The position numbers and the translations under genes were made by a program. Under the pieces are notes generated by a model. It searched no databases and was not told the origin of the DNA. It saw nothing but the letters and a program-made list of their open reading frames with translations. DNA of 64,000 nucleotides from an uncultured Elusimicrobia bacterium (lineage in GTDB: Bacteria; Elusimicrobiota; Elusimicrobia; 2-01-FULL-59-12), in contig OY969767.1 of assembly GCA_963702895.1 (NCBI GenBank), forward strand, positions 2,112,001 to 2,176,000, given 5' to 3'. Positions 40,074 through 48,747 of the stretch are shown here, in pieces (positions within the stretch are counted from its first letter, which is position 1; every line of letters starts with the position of its first letter).

Positions 40074-41272
40074 GGGCGCGAGACCACGAGCGCCCCGATC
40101 GGTCCCCCGAAACCAAAGGAGAGAGAAAGAGCGTGTTGAAAGGCGGCCGCGTGGCCATGCCGAGGCGTGTAATCGAGCGGGCAATCGGGGTCCGGATCTT
40201 CCAACGTCGCGGTGGGCGGGACAAATTGCTCCTGGAGTGCAAGGACCGTGAAGATGAGCTCGACCGCGCCCGAAGCGCCCAGCAAGTGGCCGGTGCTCGC
40301 CTTGGTTGCGGAGATCATCAGCTTGGAAGCATGCGGTCCAAAGGACTTCGTTAGCGCCTGGGTCTCAATCCAGTCGTTATGGCGGGTCGCGGTGCCGTGG
40401 GCGTTCACGTGCAGAATATCCCGGGGCAAGAGCTCCGCGGCTTGAACAGCCTGCTCAATCACGCCGGAGATTTTCCCCCCCTGCGAGTTGAAGGCGAAAG
40501 CGCTGTGACTGTCCGATCCCAGAGCTCGACCGGAAAGGACAGCCTGGGGACGCGCGCCCCGGTTCCGGGCATGCTGTTCCGATTCCAGAACGAGGATTCC
40601 CGCGCCTTCTCCAAAGGTGAAGCCGGACCGGCGCCGGTCAAAGGGGCGGGTCACGCCATCGGAGCTCATGACCCCCATTTGATGGAAGCCCGCTTCGACG
40701 AGCGGGTGCGGATAAGGTTCGACAGAGCCGGCCAGCACAAGATCACAGAGCCCCTGTTCAATCCAGGAGGCGGCAATGGCGACCGAATAAACACCAGTCG
40801 CGCAGGCAGCGATCACATTGCGGCTTTCGCCCCGCAGGCCAAACCTTTGGCGAACAAAATCATTGATCACGTCCGGCGACTCGGGGATGTCTCCTCGAAA
40901 GAGCGGCTTGGAGGCGCTCACAGTCGAGCCAAAGCGATCTGGGTCAAGGCATGAAGACAGCCCTGGGGACTGTCCCTCGGACGAAAGAAGTCCTGCCTCT
41001 CGAAGCGCTTCGAGACTCGCCTGTTCCGAAAGCCCTGTGGCGCGGAGCAACCCATTCACGCCCCTTCTCCCGACCAGCGTGTCGGGAGAAGGTTGGGATG
41101 AGGGCACATTGGACTTGTCCTCACCCGGTCGCCAGACCTCTGGCGACCGCCCTCTTCCATGCTTCGCACGGGAGAGGGAAGGTGCTTGAGTCAGGCTTTC
41201 CCAATTCGCCTGGACGCCTTCCCCCAGCGAGGTGGAGAGCCCCATCCCCGTGATGAGGAAACGCGGCTTCAC
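40070..41272 (-). CDS. FabF-like beta-ketoacyl synthase in the biotin operon
   Basis: AACATG (Cys), HVNAHGTAT and KASTGHLLGASGA (His-His), SFGFGG; shortened N-terminal domain. Confidence 0.88.
   Translation of the reverse strand: MKPRFLITGMGLSTSLGEGVQANWESLTQAPSLSRAKHGRGRSPEVWRPGEDKSNVPSSQPSPDTLVGRRGVNGLLRATGLSEQASLEALREAGLLSSEGQSPGLSSCLDPDRFGSTVSASKPLFRGDIPESPDVINDFVRQRFGLRGESRNVIAACATGVYSVAIAASWIEQGLCDLVLAGSVEPYPHPLVEAGFHQMGVMSSDGVTRPFDRRRSGFTFGEGAGILVLESEQHARNRGARPQAVLSGRALGSDSHSAFAFNSQGGKISGVIEQAVQAAELLPRDILHVNAHGTATRHNDWIETQALTKSFGPHASKLMISATKASTGHLLGASGAVELIFTVLALQEQFVPPTATLEDPDPDCPLDYTPRHGHAAAFQHALSLSFGFGGPIGALVVSRP
41061..41182. repeat. Family B palindromic element, in-frame inside the ketosynthase
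   Basis: Reverse complement of the bioA element architecture. Confidence 0.9.
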
Positions 41273-42019
41273 CTACACCACCCGGGAATCGACGTTGAAG
41301 ACCTGCCCCGAAACGCTGGGATTTTGTGCGAGCTCCAGGACCACGCGGCAAAGGTCTTCGATCCGGGTGCTTTCTCCCAGGACATGCTCTTCGATCACCT
41401 GTTGCTTATGTTCCTTGGGAAGGGCCGCGGACATATCGGTCTCATGATAGCCGGGGAGAACGGCGTTCACCGTGATGTGGAAACGCCCCAGCTCTCGGGC
41501 GGCCGCCTTGGTGAGCGCGATGAGCCCCGCCTTGGAGGCCGCGTAGTTCGCGTTTCCAAACCCGGGCTTAAGCGCCATGAGGGAGGCGATATTGATAATG
41601 TGGCCCGCGTGCTCCTTGGACATGAGGCGCGCCGCCTCGCGCAGGCACCAGAAGGCGCCGGAGAGATTGACCTCGATCACATCGTTCCACTCGGCGTTCG
41701 TCATTTTGAGGATCGTGCGGTCCCTCGTGAGACCGGCGTTATTCACCAGGACATCCAGGCGCTTCCACCGCACGACCATGGCGTCCACCATCTGGCGGAC
41801 CTTGATGGAGTCGCGAACGTCGCAAATGAAAACTTCCGCTTCCTTGTTCCCCATCTCGAAGATTTCCTGGACGACGGCCTCCGCCTTGGCCTTCTCCTTA
41901 TGACAATGGACTCCCACAGCGTAGCCCGCTTTGGCGAAGGCGAGTGCCAGCGCCCGGCCGATGCCACGGGAAGCTCCTGTGATCAGGGCCGTCCGACGTG
42001 CGACGTCCGACGTCTTCAT
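41273..42019 (-). CDS. FabG-like 3-oxoacyl-ACP reductase (SDR) in the biotin operon
   Basis: TGASRGIG, NNAG, YAASK. Confidence 0.9.
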   Translation of the reverse strand: MKTSDVARRTALITGASRGIGRALALAFAKAGYAVGVHCHKEKAKAEAVVQEIFEMGNKEAEVFICDVRDSIKVRQMVDAMVVRWKRLDVLVNNAGLTRDRTILKMTNAEWNDVIEVNLSGAFWCLREAARLMSKEHAGHIINIASLMALKPGFGNANYAASKAGLIALTKAAARELGRFHITVNAVLPGYHETDMSAALPKEHKQQVIEEHVLGESTRIEDLCRVVLELAQNPSVSGQVFNVDSRVV

Positions 42020-42073
42020 TTCAATTGGACCTCCGGCACTTGACTCGCGGCCTCGGACCTCGGACGTCGGACG
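41990..42073. repeat. Inverted heptamer arrays across the bioB/SDR junction
   Basis: gtccgac gtgcgac gtccgac ... cggcct cggacct cggacgt cggacg. Confidence 0.7.
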
Positions 42074-43047
42074 GAGTCGCTTTCTATCTCAAACCCCATA
42101 TCTCTGATCATTTGAAGGTCCTCCTCTGCTGATTGTCCTTTGGTGGTCAGGTAATCACCGATAAAGATCGAATTGGCCACGTAGAGCCCCAGGCTTTGGA
42201 GCGATCGCAAATGCAGCTCGCGGCCGCCGGAAATGCGCAGAGACGCTTGAGGACTCAGGAAGCGGTACAGGCACAGAACATTCAGGCAGCGCGTGGGCGA
42301 GAGCTCATAGCGATCCGCGAGCGGCGTTCCGGGGATGGGCATCAAGAAATTCACCGGCAAAGATTCCACCTTCATGTCCCGCAGGGCGTACCCCAGGTCG
42401 ATGATGTCCTCCTGAGACTGTCCCATGCCGATGAGCGCGCCGCTGCAGGCGGACAGACCCGCCTGCTGGGCTTTTTCCACCGTCTTCATGCGGTCTTCGT
42501 AGGTATGCGTCGCGCAGATCTCGCCGTAGTGTCGCTTACTCGTATTGAGATTGTGGTTCATGGCAAAGACACCGGCAGCTTGGAGCTTTTCGGCTTGACC
42601 CTCCGACAACAGCCCCAGACAGGCGCAGATTTCAAGCTGAGGAAACTTGATGCGGACCGCGCGGACGTTCGTCACGAACTGGTCGAGCTCCTGGTCCGTG
42701 GGGCCGCGTCCCGAAGCGACCATGCAGAAACGTCCTGCGTGGGCAGCGATCGCTCGCTCGGCCATTTTCAGGGTTTCTTCAACAGACTTCATCGGGTACT
42801 TTTCGATCGGGGCGCTTGAGACTTTGGACTGGGAGCAGTAGTGGCAGTCTTCGGAGCATAGGCCGCTTTTCGCATTAAAGAGGTAGTTCAGGCGCACCCG
42901 GTTGCCGAAATAATGCCGCCGCACCTCATAGGCCGCCGCCACGAGCCGTATCGTTTCGGACGCCGGCGCTTCTAAGACCGCGCGGCATTCTTCGCGGTTG
43001 AGGACTTCGCCTTCGAGCGTCTTCGCGGAAAGCAGATTCCAATTCAT
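42016..43047 (-). CDS. bioB: Biotin synthase
   Basis: KSGLCSEDCHYCSQS, CACLG, NHNLNTS, CSG, RISGGRE, YLTT. Confidence 0.96.
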   Translation of the reverse strand: MNWNLLSAKTLEGEVLNREECRAVLEAPASETIRLVAAAYEVRRHYFGNRVRLNYLFNAKSGLCSEDCHYCSQSKVSSAPIEKYPMKSVEETLKMAERAIAAHAGRFCMVASGRGPTDQELDQFVTNVRAVRIKFPQLEICACLGLLSEGQAEKLQAAGVFAMNHNLNTSKRHYGEICATHTYEDRMKTVEKAQQAGLSACSGALIGMGQSQEDIIDLGYALRDMKVESLPVNFLMPIPGTPLADRYELSPTRCLNVLCLYRFLSPQASLRISGGRELHLRSLQSLGLYVANSIFIGDYLTTKGQSAEEDLQMIRDMGFEIESDSVRRPRSEAASQVPEVQLK

Positions 43048-43079
43048 GAGAGTTGCCCTTTCTTGGATGGCCTGATTTG

Positions 43080-43110
43080 GTTAACCCATTATAGGTCTTC
43101 TCGGTTGACA
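43080..43110 (-). promoter_or_regulatory. BirA-type biotin operator overlapping the bioB -10 box
   Basis: Minus strand TGTCAACC-N16-GGTTAAC with TATAAT inside the spacer; resembles the TGTaAACC-N14..16-GGTTtACA consensus. Confidence 0.75.
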
Positions 43111-43179
43111 GCACCAACCTGGGGATGTCCCCAAGACATAATGTCACTGAATGGCTAGAACCCTGATACACTGTCATGT

Positions 43180-43701
43180 ATGAAGAGCAAGATGGGAAGA
43201 CCCCGCCTGACGAAATCCGCCAGTCCCAAACCGACATTGAATTCCGCCCTCGATCAGGACTACCCGGCGCGCCTAGCAGAATTGGAAGCGGAGCTCCGGC
43301 TCCATGCAGCACGCCAACACACAGAACAACCGCTCAAAGCCATCGGGGACTTGGAGGAGGCGGTGATTGATCGGGAAAAAGTCCTTCAATTCGTACTCGG
43401 GCCCTCAGTCTATGCCGCTGGACATGCCGACGTGATCTATGCCGGTTCCAACCACGCCCGCGGTGTGCGTCATATCCGGTTTTATGCAGCCGGAAAGACG
43501 GTTCTCGACATCGAAGGCGATTTCGAGAATCAGCAGTTCGGGACCAACTTCCGCTTCCAGAACATGGACCTCTACCTCCCAGGGGAATGGGAAAGGGATT
43601 TCCGGGTGCTCACAGACCAGCTGCGCCAGCATACCGCCCGGCGGAGACAGGCCTTCAGGAAGCGGCGCGACGCTGAGCACGCCCGCCTCCGCCGCCGATA
43701 A
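43180..43701 (+). CDS. Hypothetical protein divergent from bioB
   Basis: 173-aa ORF filling the gap; no recognised motif. Confidence 0.6.
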   Translation: MKSKMGRPRLTKSASPKPTLNSALDQDYPARLAELEAELRLHAARQHTEQPLKAIGDLEEAVIDREKVLQFVLGPSVYAAGHADVIYAGSNHARGVRHIRFYAAGKTVLDIEGDFENQQFGTNFRFQNMDLYLPGEWERDFRVLTDQLRQHTARRRQAFRKRRDAEHARLRRR

Positions 43702-43790
43702 ATTCGCATGGCTGTTGGTGCTTGTGTTGAACACAGGCGACAAACCAGGACCCGACCACCACAACATTCATAAGCTATACTCAAATCGAT

Positions 43791-45320
43791 ATGATTTGCC
43801 TGCATTCACGCGCAAGCTTTCATGTTGCATCGAAGCGTCTTTACATATTCATAGGCGTATTGATCGTCTTTGCAATTGCTCTGCATGTGCGTTTTTCTTG
43901 GGCCATTCCGGACCCTATTTTTACACCAGACAGCGCCGCCTATCTACATCCCGTTTTTAGCTTGATGTCGGGTGGCGCATGGGACATGCCTTTTCACAGA
44001 ACCATGGGATATCCCGCCTTTTTATTCGTTCTCCTACGAACCTTTTCACATTTTCTCATTGTATTGATTATTCAACATGCCCTTTGGTTAGCGATGGCCG
44101 CTATCACAGCACTCATCTATTACCGGCATTTCCATGCGAAACTTCTACACGCAAGCATCGTTTTCTTTCTCGTGGCCATTCTGCCGCGTGGTGTTGTTTA
44201 CTCTCACACGATCTTGACAGAAGTTCTTTTCACGTTTGTAGCGATCCTCGCTGTCGAGAGGTTTTTGTCGGCAACCAGACATCCAGCACTTGATCGGTGG
44301 ATCACGGCCGGCACCCTGCTCGGCATTGCGGTTCTCATTCGGCCGACCGGGCGCGCGTGGGTCGCGGGTCTCTTTTTCTGCTTATTGATTTATCTGAAAG
44401 GTCGTCGTCCATACTTGCGGGGCGGCTTCGCATGTCTGACGACCTTCCTGCTGACCCTGACCCCTGTATGTCTCTATCACTATCATACGCATGGGTTTTT
44501 TGGCACTGAAAAGACGGCGGGCGCCTACCTGTTCATTAATGCGGCGCAATTTCTGAACATCGCCAATGTCAAAGATAAGTCTGTGAAAAGCATTCTGGAT
44601 CCATTTTATTCCACTCCAGAAGATCTGGCTCGCTTAAGGGAAACACGCTGGGTCTATGCGGATCCGGCTGGGCCAATGAACACGCTCACCGGTGCTTTAC
44701 CCCGCGGAACGGATGTCGATCAAGTATTTCTCACGCTTTCGCTGCAAGCGATGACCGATCATCCATTGAGATTTATTCTCCAACAAGCCAGACTCTTTTT
44801 CAAGTTTCAACGAACCTCCTCACAAAGGCCTGCCTATCTTTTTCCGAAAGAAGTTCCTTTTTTTCGAGGCATGGAAATCTTCGGAAACGCAACACGCGCC
44901 TTTCCTGAAGCACGACGTTTTGTATTTTTTCAACCTGCCTTCGCTCGGCCCTATGAAGCCCGGATGCTTCGTCACCCATCCTATCCGCATCAGCCGGGGC
45001 CTTTTCCTCTTAACTTCGTCTGGCCGTATGTTTGGGCGGTGGGTGCCTTGCCAAGCCTGGCTGTGTTACTCTCTTTGTTTCTCTGGAAGGACAGGAACCT
45101 AAGATTTCCGATGGTCATGCTCTGGTCGGTCATCGTAGCCCATATTCTCATCACGAATCTTGCGACTGGACCAGACATTCAGATTCGCTATGGAATTCCT
45201 ATCGAGCCCCTCTACCTTGTGCTTGCCATGGCAGGCGTCACCCAGGCATGCCAATCCATACACTGGAAAGAAAGACTGCTACGCCTTCGAGGGAAAGCGG
45301 TGCAATGCCTCCAAGCATAA
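43791..45320 (+). CDS. Polytopic membrane glycosyltransferase-like protein (GT-C / GtrC-like)
   Basis: PDSAAY, RTMGYPAFL, ILTE.LF, LIRP, terminal RY..P; many TMs. Confidence 0.7.
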   Translation: MICLHSRASFHVASKRLYIFIGVLIVFAIALHVRFSWAIPDPIFTPDSAAYLHPVFSLMSGGAWDMPFHRTMGYPAFLFVLLRTFSHFLIVLIIQHALWLAMAAITALIYYRHFHAKLLHASIVFFLVAILPRGVVYSHTILTEVLFTFVAILAVERFLSATRHPALDRWITAGTLLGIAVLIRPTGRAWVAGLFFCLLIYLKGRRPYLRGGFACLTTFLLTLTPVCLYHYHTHGFFGTEKTAGAYLFINAAQFLNIANVKDKSVKSILDPFYSTPEDLARLRETRWVYADPAGPMNTLTGALPRGTDVDQVFLTLSLQAMTDHPLRFILQQARLFFKFQRTSSQRPAYLFPKEVPFFRGMEIFGNATRAFPEARRFVFFQPAFARPYEARMLRHPSYPHQPGPFPLNFVWPYVWAVGALPSLAVLLSLFLWKDRNLRFPMVMLWSVIVAHILITNLATGPDIQIRYGIPIEPLYLVLAMAGVTQACQSIHWKERLLRLRGKAVQCLQA

Positions 45321-45464
45321 GGCCATGAGCGGCAGGCAACTGAAAAAGGGAGGAGAAACTTGGCGACGGCAGGGGCTTCTCATAGAGGCCGGCATCAGAA
45401 CGAGCACGCTTACAACGTTTCTCGGCCAGTTTCTGTTCGAGCAAACTTCAAAAAGGAGACGGTC

Positions 45465-46427
45465 ATGCACACTCTCGATATCATCATTCCTGTTTACAAT
45501 GAAGCTCCTGTTCTCAAAGAGCTGGCTCGACAATTGGACGCCGTCTTTCACCCCGATGCGCTCAAGAAAGTGGGCCTTAAGTCCGTCCGTTACCTTTTCG
45601 TCGATGACGGTAGTGCTGATGAAACAGCATCCATCCTGGCTGACAAGATTCATCAAGGCTGGCACGCGAGCTTAATCTGCCTCTCCCGAAATTTTGGTCA
45701 CCAGGCTGCTCTTGTCGCGGGACTCGATCATGCGACAGCCGATTTCGTCGGCATCATTGATGCCGATCTGCAAGACCCCCCGGAAACCCTACTTGAAATG
45801 CTTGACAGTATGAAAAACGGATACGACGTGGTCTATGGGCAACGTCGTTCGCGGCAGGAACCCTTTTATCTGCGCGTCCTTTATGCGGCGTTCTACCGGC
45901 TTTGCAGCTTTCTCTCCGAAGTCCATTTCCCGGTCGATGTCGGCGACTTCTGCGTCATGCGCCAAGAAGTCGTCATGGCGCTCCACAAACTGCCTGAAAA
46001 GTTGCGTTTTATCCGGGGGCTTCGTAGTTGGGTGGGCTTTCGGCAACATTGTGTACCCTACGACCGTCCCGCACGACACTTAGGGACCAGTAAATACACA
46101 CTTCACAAACTCTATGCCCTGGCGACGGACGGGATTGCTTCGCTCAGCGTTCGGCCCCTTCGTGTGACGCAGCTTCTATTATTTCTATCGATTCTCGGCA
46201 CTTTGGCATTCGTGGGCACCGCTGTCTATCTCTATGTGCGCCAAAGCATGAGCACTCCTTATATGGTGTGGTTTCTGGCCACTCAAGGATTAATCGCCTT
46301 TACGGCTTCGCTTCAACTCTTAAGCTTCTACATTCTAGGAGGCTATATTGGCCGTATGTACTTGGAAGTCAAGGCTCGCCCCACGTATGTCGTGATGCGC
46401 ACCATCGGAATTCCTTCCGACAAATAA
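45465..46427 (+). CDS. GT2 polyprenol-phosphate glycosyltransferase (GtrB-like)
   Basis: IIPVYNE, VDDGS.D, SRNFGHQ, DADLQDPP, two C-terminal TMs; AAGGAG RBS before ATG 45465. Confidence 0.92.
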   Translation: MHTLDIIIPVYNEAPVLKELARQLDAVFHPDALKKVGLKSVRYLFVDDGSADETASILADKIHQGWHASLICLSRNFGHQAALVAGLDHATADFVGIIDADLQDPPETLLEMLDSMKNGYDVVYGQRRSRQEPFYLRVLYAAFYRLCSFLSEVHFPVDVGDFCVMRQEVVMALHKLPEKLRFIRGLRSWVGFRQHCVPYDRPARHLGTSKYTLHKLYALATDGIASLSVRPLRVTQLLLFLSILGTLAFVGTAVYLYVRQSMSTPYMVWFLATQGLIAFTASLQLLSFYILGGYIGRMYLEVKARPTYVVMRTIGIPSDK

Positions 46428-46428
46428 T

Positions 46429-47223
46429 GTGACTTACGAAAAGATCTCCTCTCCCCTCGGTTCTGATTTTCCCCAGGAGTGGTACGCCCATTCGGAGCAT
46501 CATTTCTGGTTCTCGTGGCGCAAGCGCGTTTTGGATCGGATGATGCGAGATTTCGCCTTGCCCCGAAAGGACCCCTTGAACGTTTTTGAAATAGGCTGTG
46601 GCGCAGGGATTCTCCGAAAGCAGATCGAAGACTTGACTGCATGGACCATCGATGGGGCAGAACTCAATGACATCGCGCTCAAAATGGCATGCCCCAGCCG
46701 CGGCCGGACGATGCTCTATAACATCCACGAGCGACTTCCTTCCTTAAAAGAGCGCTATGAGGTCGTGGTGCTCTTTGATGTTCTCGAGCACATTGAAAAT
46801 CAGAGCGAGTTTTTGAAATCGGCGCTATGGCATTTAAAACCACGCGGCTGGGTGATCGTCAACGTTCCCGCGCTGCAATGTTTATACTCGCATTACGACA
46901 AATTGGTGGGGCATTACCGGCGCTATGAAAAGGCGCCGTTAGGCGATTTGCTGGCCGGCGTAGGACTTGAAGTCGTCGATCTCCGGTATTGGGGATTTTC
47001 TCTTTTGCCGATCGCGGCACTGAGGAAGCTCATCATGAAACAGGCCAAGACACCGCAAAACGCTATCGAGCGCGGATTCGATGTCTCCCCACCCATCAAT
47101 ATTCTCCTTAAAACGGCCATGGTCGCCGAAACAGCTATTCTCGACCATCCGCCGTACGGGATATCCCTCATGGCGCTAGCCCGGAATCTTCCGTTGCCGT
47201 CACCCCGGCGTCCGCCGGGATGA
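46429..47223 (+). CDS. Class I SAM-dependent methyltransferase
   Basis: HFWF, EIGCGAG, FDVLEHI, VPA, GHYRRY. Confidence 0.88.
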   Translation: MTYEKISSPLGSDFPQEWYAHSEHHFWFSWRKRVLDRMMRDFALPRKDPLNVFEIGCGAGILRKQIEDLTAWTIDGAELNDIALKMACPSRGRTMLYNIHERLPSLKERYEVVVLFDVLEHIENQSEFLKSALWHLKPRGWVIVNVPALQCLYSHYDKLVGHYRRYEKAPLGDLLAGVGLEVVDLRYWGFSLLPIAALRKLIMKQAKTPQNAIERGFDVSPPINILLKTAMVAETAILDHPPYGISLMALARNLPLPSPRRPPG

Positions 47224-47228
47224 CGGCA
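47196..47228. repeat. Collapsed family A repeat forming the methyltransferase C-terminus and stop
   Basis: gccgtcaccccggcgtccgccgggaTGAcggc. Confidence 0.75.
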
Positions 47229-47319
47229 CAAAAAAGCATACTGGCCTCGGACCACAACATCGAACCAACAGAAGTCTAGGTTAATCAATGATGAGTCTTG
47301 TAGGTTGACAGAGAAAGAA

Positions 47320-47376
47320 GATAGATGGATGGATGGATGGATAGATGGATGGATGGATGGATGGATGGATGGATGG
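47320..47376. repeat. (GATG/GATA)n microsatellite, about 14 units, with a partial inverted copy at 47438-47462
   Basis: Direct reading of the sequence. Confidence 0.9.
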
Positions 47377-47459
47377 AAAAGCGACTGATGGGGTAATTTG
47401 CCCGGGAGTACCAACCAATACCAGCCAATGAACTTACTATCTATCCTTCCATCTATCTA

Positions 47460-48437
47460 TCAATCTTTTGCTGGCCGATAACCGATCTGGCGGTAGAGGT
47501 CCGGGGAAGCTTTGAGGTAGCGGTCCTGGGCGGTTTCCTCAAGCCACAGGCGAAGAATTTCCGGATGGGCCTGCATGCGCGTGTCGCCCCATTTCTCATG
47601 CTTGAATTGCGCGAGGCTGTCCCAGTCGCAGCTGATATAGCAGATGGCTTTGATGCCGTGGGCCTGGACAAACTTCAGGTAGGGTTTGAACCAGAGGTTC
47701 CAGGAATTGGCGTGGCGGGTCTGAAATTTAATAGGACAGCTTTCCGCGATCATGAGCGGCTTATGGCGCGCTTTCGCAAATTGGACGACGGGCATCATGA
47801 AGGACTGCGGCTGGTCAAAGTAGGTGGTACCAACCCAATCCACATAATCGTCTCCCGGATACCAGTCTTCGAGGGGCCTGGAGATCTTGCTGGCGTAGGA
47901 ATGCCAGACATAGGCCACATTCCGGACACCCGCTTTGCGAAGCCGATCCACCATGCGGCGATAGGCGCGCACATAATCCTCCGGCGGGTAGTGATTATGG
48001 GGACCGTCGAACTCATAACCGATCCTCAGGAAGATGGGCTGGCGTCTTGCCCGCATCCACTCCCCAAGCCGGTCCATGCGGTCGTCCAGTTTTCCTTCGG
48101 CCATGTCCGCGCACTGGTCCACGAGGTACAGGCCGATTTGAAGGGCAACCTCCGGATAATCCTGTGAGAGTTTTTGAAGGTGCTGGGTCCCGTCGCCCTG
48201 GTTGAAAGGCTCCGTCAGCCCCTCCAGTCGCCGCAAGGACGTATAAGACGTGAAGCCGGCGGGAAGCACCTTCGCCGCGTCCAGGTAAGAGGCGATGGCC
48301 TCCTGGTCCTGTCCCACAATCAGCAGAACCTTTCCATCGGGAGGCTCAAAGAGCGCTCGCTTGGCATACGCGTTTTTGGAGACGATTCCGACCATGATCA
48401 AACTCACCAGTCCTCGCGCAACAATCTTCGGCGCCAC
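47460..48437 (-). CDS. Secreted glycoside hydrolase, GH26-like
   Basis: FLRIGYEFD (acid/base), WYPGDDYVDW, KPLMIAES (nucleophile); signal peptide. Confidence 0.8.
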   Translation of the reverse strand: MAPKIVARGLVSLIMVGIVSKNAYAKRALFEPPDGKVLLIVGQDQEAIASYLDAAKVLPAGFTSYTSLRRLEGLTEPFNQGDGTQHLQKLSQDYPEVALQIGLYLVDQCADMAEGKLDDRMDRLGEWMRARRQPIFLRIGYEFDGPHNHYPPEDYVRAYRRMVDRLRKAGVRNVAYVWHSYASKISRPLEDWYPGDDYVDWVGTTYFDQPQSFMMPVVQFAKARHKPLMIAESCPIKFQTRHANSWNLWFKPYLKFVQAHGIKAICYISCDWDSLAQFKHEKWGDTRMQAHPEILRLWLEETAQDRYLKASPDLYRQIGYRPAKD

Positions 48438-48747
48438 ACCAGCATTATAGTTGGAGCCGGCCGCTTATTCTTTGTGAATCGGCGCCCCGGAACAGCGGCA
48501 ACCCAAAACGGCGGCAGACCAGAACAACGGCAAGCCGGAGCGGCAGAGTGCTGGCATTCTACGAAAGCGAATCCGCGGCGGAGGGGCCTGAGGCAAGCGT
48601 ACCTGCCCTTGGCTGTCACAACAGTGAGCTGACCGTGCCTGAGCTGACCTTGACTGTCACAACGGCGCATCAGGCCTGCGCATTGTGACAGACACCTCAT
48701 GACGGACACCTCATGACGTTCGTTATCCAAGTGGTACAATTCTTGCC

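Noticed and set aside
46923..47414. ORF with HPSI repeats
   Set aside because: It is a translation of the microsatellite, antisense to the methyltransferase.
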